Source: Octopus vulgaris (lineage: Eukaryota). From it: a DNA stretch of 64,000 bases. Shown here piece by piece: positions 41,712 through 57,661 of this stretch (its first letter is position 1; each line of letters starts with the position of its first letter). Both the position numbers and the translations under genes were made by a program. The notes beneath the pieces were generated by a model. The model was not told the origin of the DNA and searched no databases. It worked only from the letters and a program-made list of their open reading frames with translations. Location of the stretch: the NCBI GenBank assembly GCA_951406725.2, contig OX597816.1:72912001-72976000 (forward strand). Reading direction: 5' to 3'.

Positions 41712-42273
41712 ACGATACATATTGGAGAGTGTGTGAGATTCATTTTAGAAAAACAAATATCTATGTACATACTCATATAGACGTACATACAGATATATAC
41801 ATATTCTCATACATACGCTCATACACACACAGCACTTGTGTGTTTCTGCATATGTATTTGTGTGTGTGTGTGTATGTGAATACATATATTTTTTCACTGG
41901 TTTATGAATGTACGGATATATGCATATATGTGTGTGTCTATATATATAGAGAGAAATAGATGGAAGTATGTACGTATGTTTATCCGACATATATATATAG
42001 ACATACGACGAGACGTTTGCAAATCTCTACAACATGCATACGCATTTATGTGCGCCAGTTAAAATGGTTGCAACAAATGTTGCTACTTAGGTTAGCTATG
42101 GAATAAATCATTCGTATCTTCTGCTCCATTTGCTAAAAGATAAACTTTAAAAAGCAAGACGGATTTTTCTCGTAAAAATAACAGCTACAAGAACACTAAC
42201 CAAATATGAGCAAATAAATAAGAAGAACACTAATGCTGCTTCTTTACATGTGTGCTAGGCCACATATCATAAC

Positions 42274-42598
42274 TGGCACTGTGTTGTTGACGACGACGAG
42301 GGTTCCAGTTGATCCGATCAAGAGAACAAGCCTGCTTGTGAGATTAACGTGCAAGTGGTTGAGCACTCTACAGACACGCGTACCTTTAACGTAGTTCTCA
42401 CGGAAATTCTGCATGACACGAAATGCAATAAGGCTGGCCCTTTGAAATACAAGTTATACTCATTTTTGCTAGCTGAGTGAACTGGAGCAACGTGAAGTAA
42501 AAATGCTTTACTCAGGGACAAAACGCGCTGCATATTATGGGGGTCACGAACTTTCAGTCGTGAGCCGAAAAGCCAAATCATTAAGCCACTCGCCTTCA
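42274..42598 (-). mobile_element. SINE family F
   Basis: Collinear with 19070-19390. Confidence 0.75.
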
Positions 42599-42786
42599 CA
42601 TGAGATGTATGAATGATTTTATCGTATCATTACATGACTGATTGGTAGTTTCTTTCATTGACTGGCGAGAAGATGAAGCACCAAATTGACCTCGGCGTAT
42701 TGTGACCTCAGAATGTAAAAAAAAACAAAAAAAAAAACAGAAATTATGTACTACAAAGATTTTTTCTTCTGAGACTCTAATGAATA

Positions 42787-43482
42787 CAGCAATCACTCGC
42801 CATACCGCGATTCACCTATCATGGATTCTTGTGGTTAATATATATAAATTTATATCACGGACTCCTCAGTATATCGCGGGTTTCTGCGGCCGATAGGTAT
42901 TTATATTTTTTTAGATTTTAATAATTTCTATGATAAAATAAGCATTTTCACACATAAAAAATTAATAAATTAATAAATAAAGATATAATACAGTATTGCA
43001 CTGTATAACACATTAATTAAAATATATTAAAAGAAAAACGTAAGTGTACCGTAGATGAGTAAACAAAGAATCGCACATACTGTGTGGAAAACGAAACTCG
43101 GGAGGCGAGTGTGCGGTGTAGTTTTGCATTTGCGTGTAAAGTTGTGAATTTATTTCAAGCCCCATGATGTCGCCCAAACGGTTTGCACCATCTAAGGCTT
43201 TCTACCTGACGTAGAAGAAAAATCAGTGCCAGCAACTGCCCATCGCTATGTTCCTCATCTGCAAAAAAAAAAAAAGGAGAAAGAGAGAGAGAGAGAAGAC
43301 ACGGGTTCTCCTAAGAGTGTGGGGAGAGTTCATGAAAGCTGAAATATATAAAAATAATGAAATAAATATATACAAATTATAAATAAAGAAAAGAAATATA
43401 CAGTACTGCTTCTACTTCACGGATTTTCACCTATCGCTGGAGTTCGTGGAACGTAACATTCGCGACAGTCGAGGGACTACTG
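42787..43482 (+). mobile_element. Non-autonomous pogo/Tigger-like DNA transposon
   Basis: Imperfect TIRs CAGCAATCACTCGCCATACCGCG / CGCGACAGTCGAGGGACTACTG, TA on the left, subterminal GATT(TT)CACCTATC repeats, residual MSPKR start. Confidence 0.65.
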
Positions 43483-44756
43483 AATACCATCTATTATTAA
43501 AAAAACAAAACAGACAGCTATATTTGATGGAAAATCATGATTATTATAAAGATTATAGATTTTGGTACAGGGCCAGCATGATCGAGAGCGGGTTAGTCGA
43601 TTTGTATCAGAACGATTACTCCGCCTTGGTTAATTACCCCCTCTCCAATATATTAGGAAGTTTTAAATCATCATCTGTTGTCCTCAGATGTAATTGTCTT
43701 TTGAGGGGAGGGGGTTATTGTCCATGTGGTGGGGGCGGTAAATGTCCAAGATTCAGTCGATGTAATCGACTAATACTTCGGCGAAATTTGAACCTGGAAC
43801 GAAATGCCGCTAAGCATTTGCCCAGCTTATTATCGATTCTGCTCGCTCGCCGCCTTAATCATAATTATAATGATAGGTTGAAACGTGGTAAGTGACAATG
43901 CACGAACTCTCGTGTTTTGAGTCACTCTGTAACTTCTGTCTTCTAATATTGGTTTCAGATTTCGGCACAAGACCAACAACTAGGCATGACAACTCTGGGA
44001 CCACTAACTTGGGATGATCCTAGCTCCATCAAGCAAGAGCACGAAACCAAGCTAGTCGATTGAATTGATCCCAGTGTTTGACTAGTACGTATTTAATCGA
44101 CCCCGAAAGGGCGGAGGGCTGGGTCGACATTTGTGGCGTTTGAACTCGGAACGATAAACCGGAAGAAATGCCACTTGTCAGCTTACCGCTCTCACAGGCT
44201 ACCATTAATTCTTTCAGCTATAGGCATAAGACCTGGAATTTTGCGGGTAGTGGCTAACCGATTACATCGTCCTCAGTGTTCAGCTGGTACTTATTTCATC
44301 GATCCCCGAAAGAATGAGTCCATAAATCCTCTCAATCCCGTACCTACCCTTCTGCATCCTTCCAAGGTGACGTCGAACCTCTGAAGATCTTCCCCAATTA
44401 CGTCGAGCCATCTGCTGCGTGGAATGACAGTGAAGCCCTAGCTGGATGATCTAGAGGACATATCCGTACCAGCCCCAACCCCAAATTTCAGACTTAGTGC
44501 CTAGAATAGGAAGAAAGAATTATTTTGAAATCTGTAAGATCTACTTGGTTACATTGTGAATAATTCTTTCTACTATAGGCTCAAGGCTTGAGATTTGGGG
44601 GAAGATGTTAGACGATTACATCTATCTCGGTGGTCAACTGGTTCTTAATTTATGACCCCGAAGGGATGAAAGGCATGGTCGACCTCGGTAGCATTTGAAC
44701 GTAAAGATGGATGAGAACGTAAAGATGAACTCAGAACGTAAAGACAGACAAAATGT

Positions 44757-44945
44757 CTATTTCTTTACTACCCACAAGGGGCTAAACACAGAGAGGACAA
44801 ACAAGGACAGACAAACGGATTAAATCGATTTCATCGACCCCAGTGTGTAACTGGTACTTAATTTATCGACTCCGAAAGGATGAAAGGCAAAGTCGACCTC
44901 GGTGGAATTTGAACTGAGAGCGTAGCTAAGCATTTCGCCCGGCGG
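44757..44945 (-). mobile_element. SINE family A
   Basis: Collinear with 18694-18926. Confidence 0.88.
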
Positions 44946-45269
44946 GCTAAAGGGTCTGCCAATCGCCACTGGATGAAACTAGTGCTTCTGGTGGTGTGAC
45001 ACTATTCTTATTTAACCTCAGATCAGCCCTGAATTAGAAAATATCAGCTCAATCATTTAGTTCCAAATTTATTGGCTCGTATTTATTTAAACGTCAGTTT
45101 AACGAAGCCTTTAAGTAATCACTGAGGAAAATGTAACGTCGGATGGGTAACTTTCTGATTCTAGAAAAACATTTAGGAATTCCAGTTCGGAAATTCTTTG
45201 TACGTTGAAAATTCCTTATTATTTACACTGTTTTTGCTAGAATTTCTATTTCTGCAAACGGTGAACATA

Positions 45270-46370
<1,101 letters not shown>

Positions 46371-46565
46371 GTTGGTTGGATTAGGGTTGGCGCGCATGAG
46401 CTATTAGTGGAGTTATTATAGTTTGCAAAGTGTCCGTGAGGGGACAAATAGGATCCTTCAAACCGGAGACAAGGAACGCTGCTCAAAGACCTGCAGTTTC
46501 TAAGACTTTCCCTTGTTGTTGATGACGAAGGGAGTCCAGCGTGACACAAGCAAAAGATTAAGCTG

Positions 46566-47910
46566 TGAGGAGAGAGAAAGAGATATACACAGAGAAGGAG
46601 AGAGAGAGGAGAGAGAGAGAGAGAGAAGGAGAGCGAGAAAGACAGAGAGAGATATATTGTGTGAGAGACAATGCATGATGAATGAAAAGACAAGAGAGAG
46701 AGAGAGGGAGATGTGGTATGAATAGAAAACGAGAAAGCAAGACAAGAGACAGCGGACAGTGAAGTGAGAGAGAGAGTGTGTGTTAGAGGGAGTAAGAGAG
46801 AATGTGTATGATAACTAAAGAGAGAACTAGGGAGAGAGAGGGAGAGGGGGAGATATAGGGAGCGAGAGAGACAGAGAGAAACAATGTGTGAGAGACAGTG
46901 TATAATGAATGCAGGGACATCGAGAGAAAGAGTTGTGTTATGAATGGAAAAAGGGAAAAAGAGACAAAAGAGATCGGATAGTGAAGTGAGGGAGTGAGAG
47001 GGAGAGAGAGAGAGACAGAGCGAGGGAGACAGAGAGAGAGAGAGATATAGTGGGGAGACAATGTATGATGAGTGAAGAGAGATAGAGTGGGAGATAGAAT
47101 ATAGAAGTTTTATGAGAAAGAGAGAGAATGAATGAATAAGTAAGTAAGTGAGTGAGTGAGTGAGAGAGTGAGTGAGTGAGCAAGTGAGTGAGTGAGTGAG
47201 AAAGAGAGAGAGAATGAGTAACAGAGAGAGAGAAATAAATGTATTATGAATTGAGAAAAAGAAGAAGAGTGAGTGGATAATTAAAGAATAGAGGCGATTG
47301 AGATAATGAAGAAGGACGTATTGTGTGAGTGAAAGGGGGAGAGAGGATAGAGTGAAATGGAGGGTGGGGGGTAAACTCCAGAGCGAGAGAGAGAGAGAAG
47401 AAAGAGAGAGAAAGGAGCGAGAGAAGGAGGGTGAGAAGGAGTGAAAATGGATCATTGAGTGAAAGAGAGATCGATAAGGACAAGATAGAAGCAGTAAGAG
47501 AGATCAAAATATCAGAAGTGATGTGAGAAAGGGAGAAGGACAGGGGGAGAGAGTGTGTATGATTCAGAAAGTGAGTGAGTGAGTGAGAGAGACAGAGATA
47601 GATCGAGAGAGAGATTGTAAATTTTCTAAGCATCGATTAATATAGTGAGAAAGAGAATTAATGAAGAGGAGAGAAAGAAGAAACAGAGGTGAGAGAAATA
47701 TTCATCCAAACCAGAGAGAGGGAGGAGAGGCGGGGAGAGAGGGGGAGAGAGGGGGAGAGATGGAGAGAGAGAGAGAGAGACGAAGAGAGAGAGGGGGAGA
47801 GAGCCTGTTCAGCTAGATGGGCTTTAGATAGTGAGAAAACGCGGTGTTAGAGTTTGTGAAAATGAAAGAGGAAGAAGAGAGCGAGGGGAGGTAAAGAGAA
47901 GGGCCGAAGA
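46566..47910. repeat. Long (GA)-rich polypurine tract with decayed internal periodicity
   Basis: Strong purine bias on the + strand; recurring GAGACA(A/G)TG(C/T)AT(G/A)ATGA motif. Confidence 0.9.
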
Positions 47911-48617
47911 GAGACACTTAAGAAAGCTAGGACAGTAGCCCTCAACCGGGGTCCATATAGCCCTTAAAGGTCCATACAAGATTTTTGGAGGGTCCACATA
48001 AGTAAATTAGTAAACTGGGATCTACAGAATCATTTGAAGGATCCGTGAAACAAATTTTGCTGTAGATGTATTTACAGCAAGACACAGCCAAGTTTTCTTT
48101 CTCGAAGGTTTTACTTAATTCGACTTTCACAAGTTAAAATGTGGCGAACAAAATAGCAATTTTAAAAGAAGCATCTTTTATCCTTTTATTTGTTTCAGTC
48201 ATTTGACTGCGGCCATGCTAGAGCACCGCCTTTAGTCGAACAAATCGAGACCAGGACTTATTCTTTGTAAACCTAGTACTTATTCTATTGGTCTCTTTTG
48301 GACAGACAACAATTTGTGTAGGTATTTAATAGAGGATGGGGTGGGGTGAAGAAACGGAAAATACAGTGAAATGCGATAAAAGTATACAAAATATGTGATA
48401 ACTTGAATGATGCGGTCCTGCTGATACAGGAGAAACTCCAATTTGGTCGATTAAAGAAACCCCACAGACACAGCATTACTCTAGCCACCAAAGGTGCGAG
48501 GCCTCTCTCCTGGTTTCTAATCTACAGGCACATACTTAGAGTAGATCCGTTTACTCTTACCATTTTTACCACAATCTTTTTACAAATTCACTGGGAGTTA
48601 GCACCTACCCCTCCATC

Positions 48618-48910
48618 TCACTTCTCTTTTAAAAAGTCGATGAGAATTTGACCGAAGAGGAAGATGCCTTTCCTCAAAGCTTTCAAACTCGTCCACCGCA
48701 GACGCTCGTTCGCCACAGTCACTAGACAGAGGAACACCATCTGCCCTGCCTTGTTAAGGGTGGATTGTAGATCTATCCTTATGATGGATCCGGCCGATAG
48801 TCGAATTCGTCTCACACCTGATAACAGCTGTTGGACATAATCCGCAAGTCAGCAATATTTGGACGCTGCGTCAACGCATGCAGAAAGGTTTCGTCGCTCT
48901 GCGCGCATCT
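48618..48910 (-). pseudogene. L1/Tx1-like ORF2 C-terminal remnant
   Basis: Minus strand CAQSDETFLHALTQRP...YVQQLLSGVRRIRLS resembles the decayed C-terminal CCHC zinc knuckle (ETxxHxxxxCP). Confidence 0.55.
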
Positions 48911-49754
48911 AAACTATTTATACGATAGCCACAAAGACTGAAATTTCGCGAGGACTGGGCGATTACAGTGTTAAACTGGTGTTTAATTTATCAACTTGAA
49001 TGGATAAAAGGAAACGCCGACCTCGGCGGAATTTGAACGCAGATCGTAAAGACAGACGAAATACCGCTAGGCATTTTATCCAACGCAGTAAATAAGAATA
49101 ATAATTCTTTATGATTTTTGTACAAAACCAGTAATTTTAGAGAGACAATGTTAGTTGGTACCTCAGAGTCCCACATTTGACTGCTATATTATTTTATCGG
49201 CCCCTACAGGATAAAAGGCAAAGTTGACTTCGGCAGGAATTGAACTGAAAACGAAAGGAACCGAAACAATATTGATGTTTAACGATTCTGTGAATCCACC
49301 ACCCAACCAAAGCAGCAAATGTGAAATGATGCAAGAGATCAATCGATTATATCGAGTCCAATACTTACCTGGGAGTGTATTTTATCGATCCCGGAAGGAT
49401 GAATAAACAAAATGACCTTTGGAAGTATAGGAACTTGGAATGTATTTACTTTATCGACTCAGTAAGGATGACAAGCAAAGTGCACCGAGGCGTAAAGGGT
49501 TTCGGTGATTTCTACGATATACGCAAAGCCACAAATTTTAGGAGAGTGAATACAGTCGATCACATTGACCTAAGTAAATGACTGGTATTCATTTATTTTA
49601 AAAAGTTCCGGAAAGTTGAAAAGCAAAGATGTGCTCGGGTAATGGTAATATTAATTTTTCTTCCTTTTCTTTTTTCTTCTTTTTTTATCTGAGAATAAGG
49701 AAGGTAAGAAAAAAAGCTGTATGAATCGATGTGAAGAAACAAGAACGATATGAG

Positions 49755-49803
<49 letters not shown>

Positions 49804-50100
49804 GAAAGTGCAATGAAAAAGAAATCTTAGTACGAGGTAAAGAAGAAAAAAAGGGGGGAAAAGTAAATATATAAGCAAGACCTAAATTATAGAAAAACTA
49901 AACTGCATTAAGAAAGGAAAGAGAGAAGGAAAACTGGGAAAGAAATGGAAACAAAATGGCGTCGGTATTTGATGTGTTTCTAAAGAGAGGTTGATAAGAA
50001 AAGACACCGTTAAATATTTGAGTGATTTCCATCAATAATAAAAGTGGATAAGAGAGACGATGCAGAGAAGTGGACAAAGAATTTGAGTGTGAAAGGAGAA

Positions 50101-50149
<49 letters not shown>

Positions 50150-50546
50150 GAGATGGGGGTGGAAGAGTTGATAATAGTTATAGAAAAAGCAAAAGAAAAT
50201 CAACAGAAATTGATAGAGCCAGGAAACGAAAACGGAAGATTAGAATACCTACTGACAAACGAGGAACGCAGTTAGAGCGAAACGGCTATAGAGTGAGCGC
50301 TCACTATAGGCTTTTCTCTTGCGCAGTCACTCGCTTTTCTCCCTTACACAATTTCACTCTATCAGTTTCTCTCTCTCCCCCCTCTCTCTCTCCCTCTCTC
50401 TCTCTCTTTCTCTCTGGAAAATATACATGTGTGTATACATATGTAATATGTATAAACAAACATACACATGCACAAATGTGTGCGCGAGTGCATGACCATA
50501 TATGTATGTAATTTAGATAGGTAGATAGATAGATAGATAGATAGAT

Positions 50547-50607
<61 letters not shown>

Positions 50608-50792
50608 TATACATAGACACTGAGAGGAGAGGAGAAATGTATAGAATAATATACTGAGGATAGTTTAGCAACGATCAACCAGACTGTCGCTACGTATATC
50701 TAACCATAATGTTCCATCTCCCCTTTGACTTCTTTCCAACCATACAAACACACACACCCACTCACGCACACACACACACATACATACATATG

Positions 50793-50834
<42 letters not shown>

Positions 50835-51003
50835 TATATATATATATATACATATGTATGTATGTAAGTAGGTATCTATGTATCAATCTATATATACGTA
50901 TGTATACACACACAAATATATATGTGAGTATATGGGTGTATGTGTGTGCGTGTGTGTTTGTGTGTATGTATGTATGTATGTATGTATGTATGTATGTATG
51001 TAT

Positions 51004-51063
<60 letters not shown>

Positions 51064-51692
51064 GGCAATCAAAGCAGACAAGCATAAACCTAGCTAGTAG
51101 AAATTTGGTTTATCAAAACACGATATTTATTTAATCACCGAAAGTGCACAACAGCTCAACAGGTAATCGGTGCTATGGCTTTATGCCTATGTGAGTTAGA
51201 TAAGTGGTAAGAATGGAGCACAAAAATAGCATATAAAGAATATTTACTAAAGCTCTCCTTGAGAGACATCTACGTTTCAGTGACTATTCGCATCCAACAG
51301 TCTCTATCGGACTAAAGATTGTTACCCGTTTAACTACTAAATATATAGAAGTTTTTGACGCCTCGATGGTTGGTTTCTGAGAAACAGACAATGGCAAAAA
51401 GGAGCCATATTTCAAATGACACAAAAGTAACAATTGCGTTAGAAGGCTTATAAAACACGCGAGTGAGGGAAATATGCAGTGGGATGCTAAAATACATGTT
51501 TGAGACTTACGTGAGATACTGAGGAAATAATTTTAGTTCCTCTGAGATATTGCAAAACTGGCAATGCAAAATATCTTAAATTGTTGTTGCTATGGTTTTT
51601 ATGACTATACGAATTAAGTTAACAAGGAAAATGACCCGCACTCTCAACATTTAGCTAAATGGTAGACCTAGAGTTGGACTGGATACTGAAGT

Positions 51693-51715
51693 GTCTATCC
51701 ATCTATCTATCTGCT

Positions 51716-51800
<85 letters not shown>

Positions 51801-51820
51801 GTCTGTCTGTCTATCTATCC

Positions 51821-51906
<86 letters not shown>
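51693..51906. repeat. (ATCT/GTCT)n tetranucleotide microsatellite
   Basis: Directly visible. Confidence 0.97.
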
Positions 51907-52057
51907 TTGTCCATTTTGTTAAGATACAAAATGTCCGTATTCAAAGTTTCATCTCGCTATCTTATCTTTGCTCGGCCTCTTGATTTTGTCCATTGTCTTC
52001 GTGTCCGTTCCGGCATCCTTAGTGTCCATTTATTGCCTTTCAGGTACGTAATGTAGC

Positions 52058-52126
<69 letters not shown>

Positions 52127-52127
52127 G

Positions 52128-52277
52128 GTGCACATGGTTCCGGGTTCCGTCCCACTGCGTGGTCATCTTGGGCAAGTGTCTTCTACTATAACCTCGGGCC
52201 GACCAAATCCTTGCGAGTGGATTTGGTAGACGGAAACTGAAAGAAGCCCGTCGTATATATGTATATATATATATATT

Positions 52278-52343
<66 letters not shown>

Positions 52344-52540
52344 TCCACCCGCGCAACATCGTTTGACAACCGATGCTGGTGTGTTTACGTCCCCGTAGCT
52401 TTGCGGTTCGACAAAAGAAACCGATAGAATAAGTACTAGGCCTCCGAAGAATAAGTCCTGGGGTCGATTTGCTCGACTAAAGGAGGTGCTCCAGCATGGC
52501 CGCAGTCCAATGACTGAAATAAGTAAAAGAGTAAAAGAGT
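52128..52540 (+). mobile_element. SINE family B
   Basis: CACATGGTTCCGGGTTC...through ATGACTGAAATAAGTAAAAGAGTAAAAGAG. Confidence 0.88.
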
Positions 52541-52580
52541 ATATATATATATATATATATACTCACACACACGTTTAATT

Positions 52581-52627
<47 letters not shown>

Positions 52628-53097
52628 CATACATACATATATATATATACACACATGTATATATGCCAATATACCATTGTCATAATCATCATCCTCTTCA
52701 TCATCATCAGCTTACGATGATTTTAATGACACCGGTTGCTAAATGATGCTGATGACAATGTGATCGAGGAGCAGAATGGTGAGGAGAAGGAAGAGGTTGG
52801 CAATGATCATGATAACCATCAAGTTTCTTAGTTTCCTTTCTATTTCATTATCTTTTAAATAAGTTTACTAGTTTTCCCCTCATTTCTTCCGCCATCTTCA
52901 ATTATTTATGGCCAGAGTGAAATACATGCCGGTTTTAGGTGAGGTAGGAAGAATCGGAATCCCCACGTGATAAGGAACAGAGTGCGTGTGAAGAAGCCAT
53001 TCTCGACGAAACTAATTTTTGTTTTTCAGCACGGACGCACACACACACACCACGCACAGACGCACAAACACAAACACACGCACAAACACACAAACAC

Positions 53098-53140
<43 letters not shown>

Positions 53141-54114
53141 AACACAAGCACAAACACACATACACACAAACACAAGCACACGTACGAACCATACACACGC
53201 AAACACACAAGGACAAACACACACACACGCATACACACACACACACAAACACACACACAAAACCCAAACACACACACACAAGCACAAACATGCACAGAAG
53301 CACAAACACACACACAAGCACAAACACACTCACACACACACAAACACAAACACACACACACACAAGCACAAACACACAAGCACAAATACACGCACAAACA
53401 CACAAGCACAAACACAAACACAAGCACACACACAAACAACACACACACACAAACACTCACACACACACACACACACACACACACGCAAACGTAAAACTAA
53501 TCATACGAACGTTCATATATATATACACACACACGCACATATGTGTATGCGTGTATATAAATGCACGTATGCATACATACAAATATACACACATGCGTGT
53601 GTATATTTGTCCATACCTTCTTCAACACGCAGTGTCATATACACGCACACACACGCACACCCTCACACACATATACACATAAGCACACAAAGTGTATATG
53701 TATGTTTACGTACGTGTGTATATGGATATATGTATGAATGGAAAGGTGCGTTTGTGTGTGTGTACACGTGTGTGTGTCTGTGCGTGTACGCGCTCGCGTC
53801 TTTTGCGAATGAATGTGTATGCGTGTGTGCATTTGTACACATCTCTGTGTATGTTTATGTATAACACGCTTTCCTTTGGAAACGCAAGTCAGAACCCCTA
53901 AATACATATATTTCTCATCTTGAATATCATCTACAGAGAAATTGCTGCAGTTATAGCGAAGTCTCCCCATGTTCTGCAGTTATTTCTTTGTATGGCAATT
54001 GTCTGAAGCCTCTACAGTAATAGTGTTTTGTCTTCCTGGTTTGATCGGTATTGGACGTTTGTTGCTTCTACTGCCACTGCATCTGCTGACACCGTTGCTG
54101 CTGCTGTTGCTGTT

Positions 54115-54292
54115 GAGCGAACGGTCTTCGTCCTAGAGCTCGCATGATGGGAGAAGTCCGAAACGTGGTCCTTTGCTATTCGTCAGACCCGCAGAAGAGA
54201 AAGCAGGTCAACCTCCTACATCGAGAGCATCGACGGATGGATGAATGCACATCCAGGCTCAGCGGTTGCGTAGGAAGTCGGGGACAAGAAAC
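54115..54292 (-). mobile_element. Probable 3' end of a SINE/LINE with (CAA/CAG)n tail
   Basis: GC-richer block abutting a GTTGCT-type simple repeat; family not identified. Confidence 0.4.
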
Positions 54293-55386
54293 AGTACCTC
54301 CTATCGCACTTCATATTCAACGGTCTGATGAAGCTATAGGATGTTATCCGGGTGCTCATAGCAAAAACTGCATCTCATAGCAAAAACTGCTGTAAGCTAA
54401 TGCAGTTCATAAGATAACTTTTGCTTTTTCCGGTGTCATATTTCATATTTGTCTATGTATGTTTGTATGTATGTATGTATGTATGTATGTATGTATGTAT
54501 CAGATAGACGGAAACTAAAAGAAGCCTGTTGTTGATGATGATGTATATATATCTACATGTGAGTGTCTTTGTGTCGTGTTTGTCCCCTCATCACTGCTTT
54601 AAAAAATGAGTCCTGGGATCGCTTTGTTCGACTAAAACCCTTATAGGCAATGCTCTAGTACGGCCACACAAGCACACATACGCAAATGGAGACTGAAACA
54701 CATGATCATATATATGCACACACTTTACTCCACACAAGGACACATATGGAGATACGTGTCCACACATGGAGATGCAAACCCATACATACAAGCAAGATAC
54801 ATAGTTGCAAAACACACACACATACACACACATGCACACACAAAGAGACAGAGGTACATACATATACTAACACACCCTCACACACACATAAAAAATACAC
54901 ATACACGGACATGCAAGCACATGAATATGCAGAATACATACATACAGATGCACACACATACATATATACATATGCATACGCACACATATATACATACACA
55001 CATGCATATATACATACATAAATACATACATGCATGCATACATACATACATACATATATACATACATACATGCATGTATGCATAGGCACACACACACACA
55101 CACTGACCTACACACATGCGCACGAAGAAACAAACAAGAACGCAGTGTAGATAACGGAAAGAGCCAAGACTATTGAAATGGTTGCGAGACGCAACGAAAA
55201 TTATAGGAAAATAAAAATGAGAAATAAGTGGAAATTTTACCGGTGAGTGTGTTACATTATAAGGCACAAAAAGAAAATGACTCTCCTCAGACACAACAGA
55301 ATATGCTTCAACACTCGAACTCACATAAATAATCTTGCAAACCAAACCCAAAGACGAAAAATTAAAGAATATATATATATAATTCA

Positions 55387-55602
55387 AAATGTGACTGCGT
55401 GTGTACCGTTGGCGATATTTTTTTCCTCTGTCTTCCCTTCCTTGGATCTTTCCTTTTCCTATGTTTCTTACGAAGAGTTCCGCTCGAAACGTTAAAATCC
55501 TCTTTCTTTCTTTCCTTTCATGAGAGTCCATTAACACTATACTTGTTCCACGTCCCCGCGTTGTTGTGTTTTCTCTTTGTGTTTTCATGTTTGGATTAAC
55601 TT
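55387..55602 (+). mobile_element. Family H1 element with mutated hammerhead core (55463-55497, CTTACGA)
   Basis: Collinear with the other H1 copies. Confidence 0.78.
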
Positions 55603-56164
55603 CATATATATATATATCAATAGGTAGATAGATGGATAAAATTGGATCGGGAAAGAGGGTTCTGGTCGTATTATCATACATGTTATCTTACAGACAAAGA
55701 AGCATAGAGAAAGAAAAACAATTTGAAGCAGAACCTCATGTATCAAACATGGCGTCCAGAGAGAAGTGTAGCATTTACAGTTTGATAATAACCAACATCA
55801 TAAAAGTAACAAGGAATTGAAAGCCGTTTGTTGTGAAAATACATATTGATTTAATATTTTCTCATTTACAAGTCTTTATAAGGAACTGAAAATAAATAGA
55901 GCAATGGTCTTGGTCTAAGTGTTTGCCTTCCAGAACATTCTTCTTTAAATATAATCGGAAGCGGCATTAAATAGAGGGAAGTGACTTAAAGAATTAAAGA
56001 CTTGATAAATTGCAAAGTTTACTTCTGAGGAAATGTATCTTTCTTTATAACGTTATGTTGAGACTATAATCAATAGCCAACACAAGTTAATGTTTTTGTG
56101 TGTTACTGCTTGATAGGGGCTTCTCAGTTTAACTTCTGGTGGCTGACCTGACATTGCACCCAAT

Positions 56165-56350
56165 TTGAAATATTCTTTCTACCGAAGGCACAAGGCTTGA
56201 AATTTGGTGGGAGGAGGGCTAGTCGATTACATCGACCCCAGTGTTTCACTGGTACTTAATTCATCGACCCCGAAAGGATGAAAGGCAAAGTCGACTTCGG
56301 TGGAATTTGAACTCAGAACTTAGCGACGGGTGAAATACCGATGAGCATTT
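56165..56350 (-). mobile_element. SINE family A variant
   Basis: CGACCCCGAAAGGATGAAAGGCAAAGTCGAC.TCGG.GGAATTTGAACTCAGAAC. Confidence 0.85.
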
Positions 56351-56594
56351 TGTGCAGTAAACCCAGTTTCAAATATAGAAGCTTAATATACATACATACT
56401 GTACATACATACATACATACTTACATACATACATGCATGCATACATACATATATACATACATACATACATGCATACAGACAGACAGACAGACAGACACAG
56501 ACAGACACAGATAGATGACCGGAGGGGGTCTTTGCTGTTCTCTTCCCAAACATTCATCTCTCCTCCCTATTCCCCTCTATAAAAGGTGCTTTCC

Positions 56595-57387
56595 AGACGT
56601 TTTCACACTTTTCCAGGAATGATATTCATTAATTCCAAACAAGCACAAGTCCTCAGAAGTGAAGGTGTCAAGGAACCTTGTCACAGCCTCCTTATCTTCA
56701 GAATGTCTTCCAAACGGTTGTACGTGAGATTTCCTTCAGCTAGGGGAACAACCAAACGTCACAGGGAACAATATCTGAACTGCAGAAAGATGAGTTTTAA
56801 TGTCCATCCCTGTGAAATAGTTGCTTACCACGATACTCGTCAGTGAGCACCCTGGGAATAAACATTGTACAAATTTTACACAGGTTAAAATTTTCATGAA
56901 TAATTTTTTGTTCAGTTGCCAACAGATGTTATGCTCATTATAGACGCATAACAGACTTCATCAAGTAAATTGCGAATTTTCTCAACCAATTCTGAAATCT
57001 CTCTCCCTCTCACACCCTTCATCGTCTCTCACCTCCTCTCTACCGTTCTTGAACCTCTTGTGCCAGTGAAAAAATTAATTCCGAAACAGCTTAGAGTATC
57101 TCATATGTTTCTGTGGGGTTTTTGCTCGGTTTTACACAAAACTTTTATTGCATGGCAAATTTCCAAATATCCCGAGTGCATTCCACAAACTTGTCAAATG
57201 TGACAAGATGATTTTAGTAGGATTTTAGTAATGCTGTTATAACCGCCTCCTTCATTCGGGAAGAACAAAAGTTGGCAGGTCAGCTTATTAGAGGTATAAT
57301 AATGATAGACTAAAATCACATTTATCTCGGATCTTTATAACTGCCTATGTTAAAAAAATAGTCTCGAAACTTCTGAAATGCCCCATG
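56595..57387 (-). pseudogene. Heavily decayed mariner element
   Basis: Minus strand PCDVWLFP*LK (mariner PxDFxLFPxLK motif); terminal TA-CATGGGGCATTTCAGAAGTTTCGAGAC resembles a mariner TIR. Confidence 0.6.
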
Positions 57388-57389
57388 TA

Positions 57390-57630
57390 TTTTCTTACTC
57401 TTTTACCTATTTCAGTCATTTGACTGCGACCATGCCGGAGCACCACTTTTAGTCGAGCAAATCGACCCCACGACTTATTCTTTGTAAGCCTAGTACTTAT
57501 TCCATCGGTCTCTTTTGCCGAACCACTATATTACGAGGACGTAAACACACCAACATCGGTTGTCAAGCGATGTTGGGGGGGGGTGGACAAACACAGACAG
57601 ACAAACATACACACACACACACACACACAT

Positions 57631-57661
<31 letters not shown>

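Noticed and set aside
47933-48175. Complete hAT MITE starting CAGTAGCCCTCAACC
   Set aside because: Only one plausible terminus is visible; the other end is replaced by a SINE fragment, so it is not called.
53635-54060. Minus-strand ORF MGRLRYNCSNFSVDDIQDEKYMYLGVLTC as a host exon
   Set aside because: In-frame stop just upstream, runs into microsatellite, no recognisable domain or splice support.
54150-54195. Hammerhead (CTGACGA and GAAACG nearby)
   Set aside because: The two core blocks are on opposite strands.
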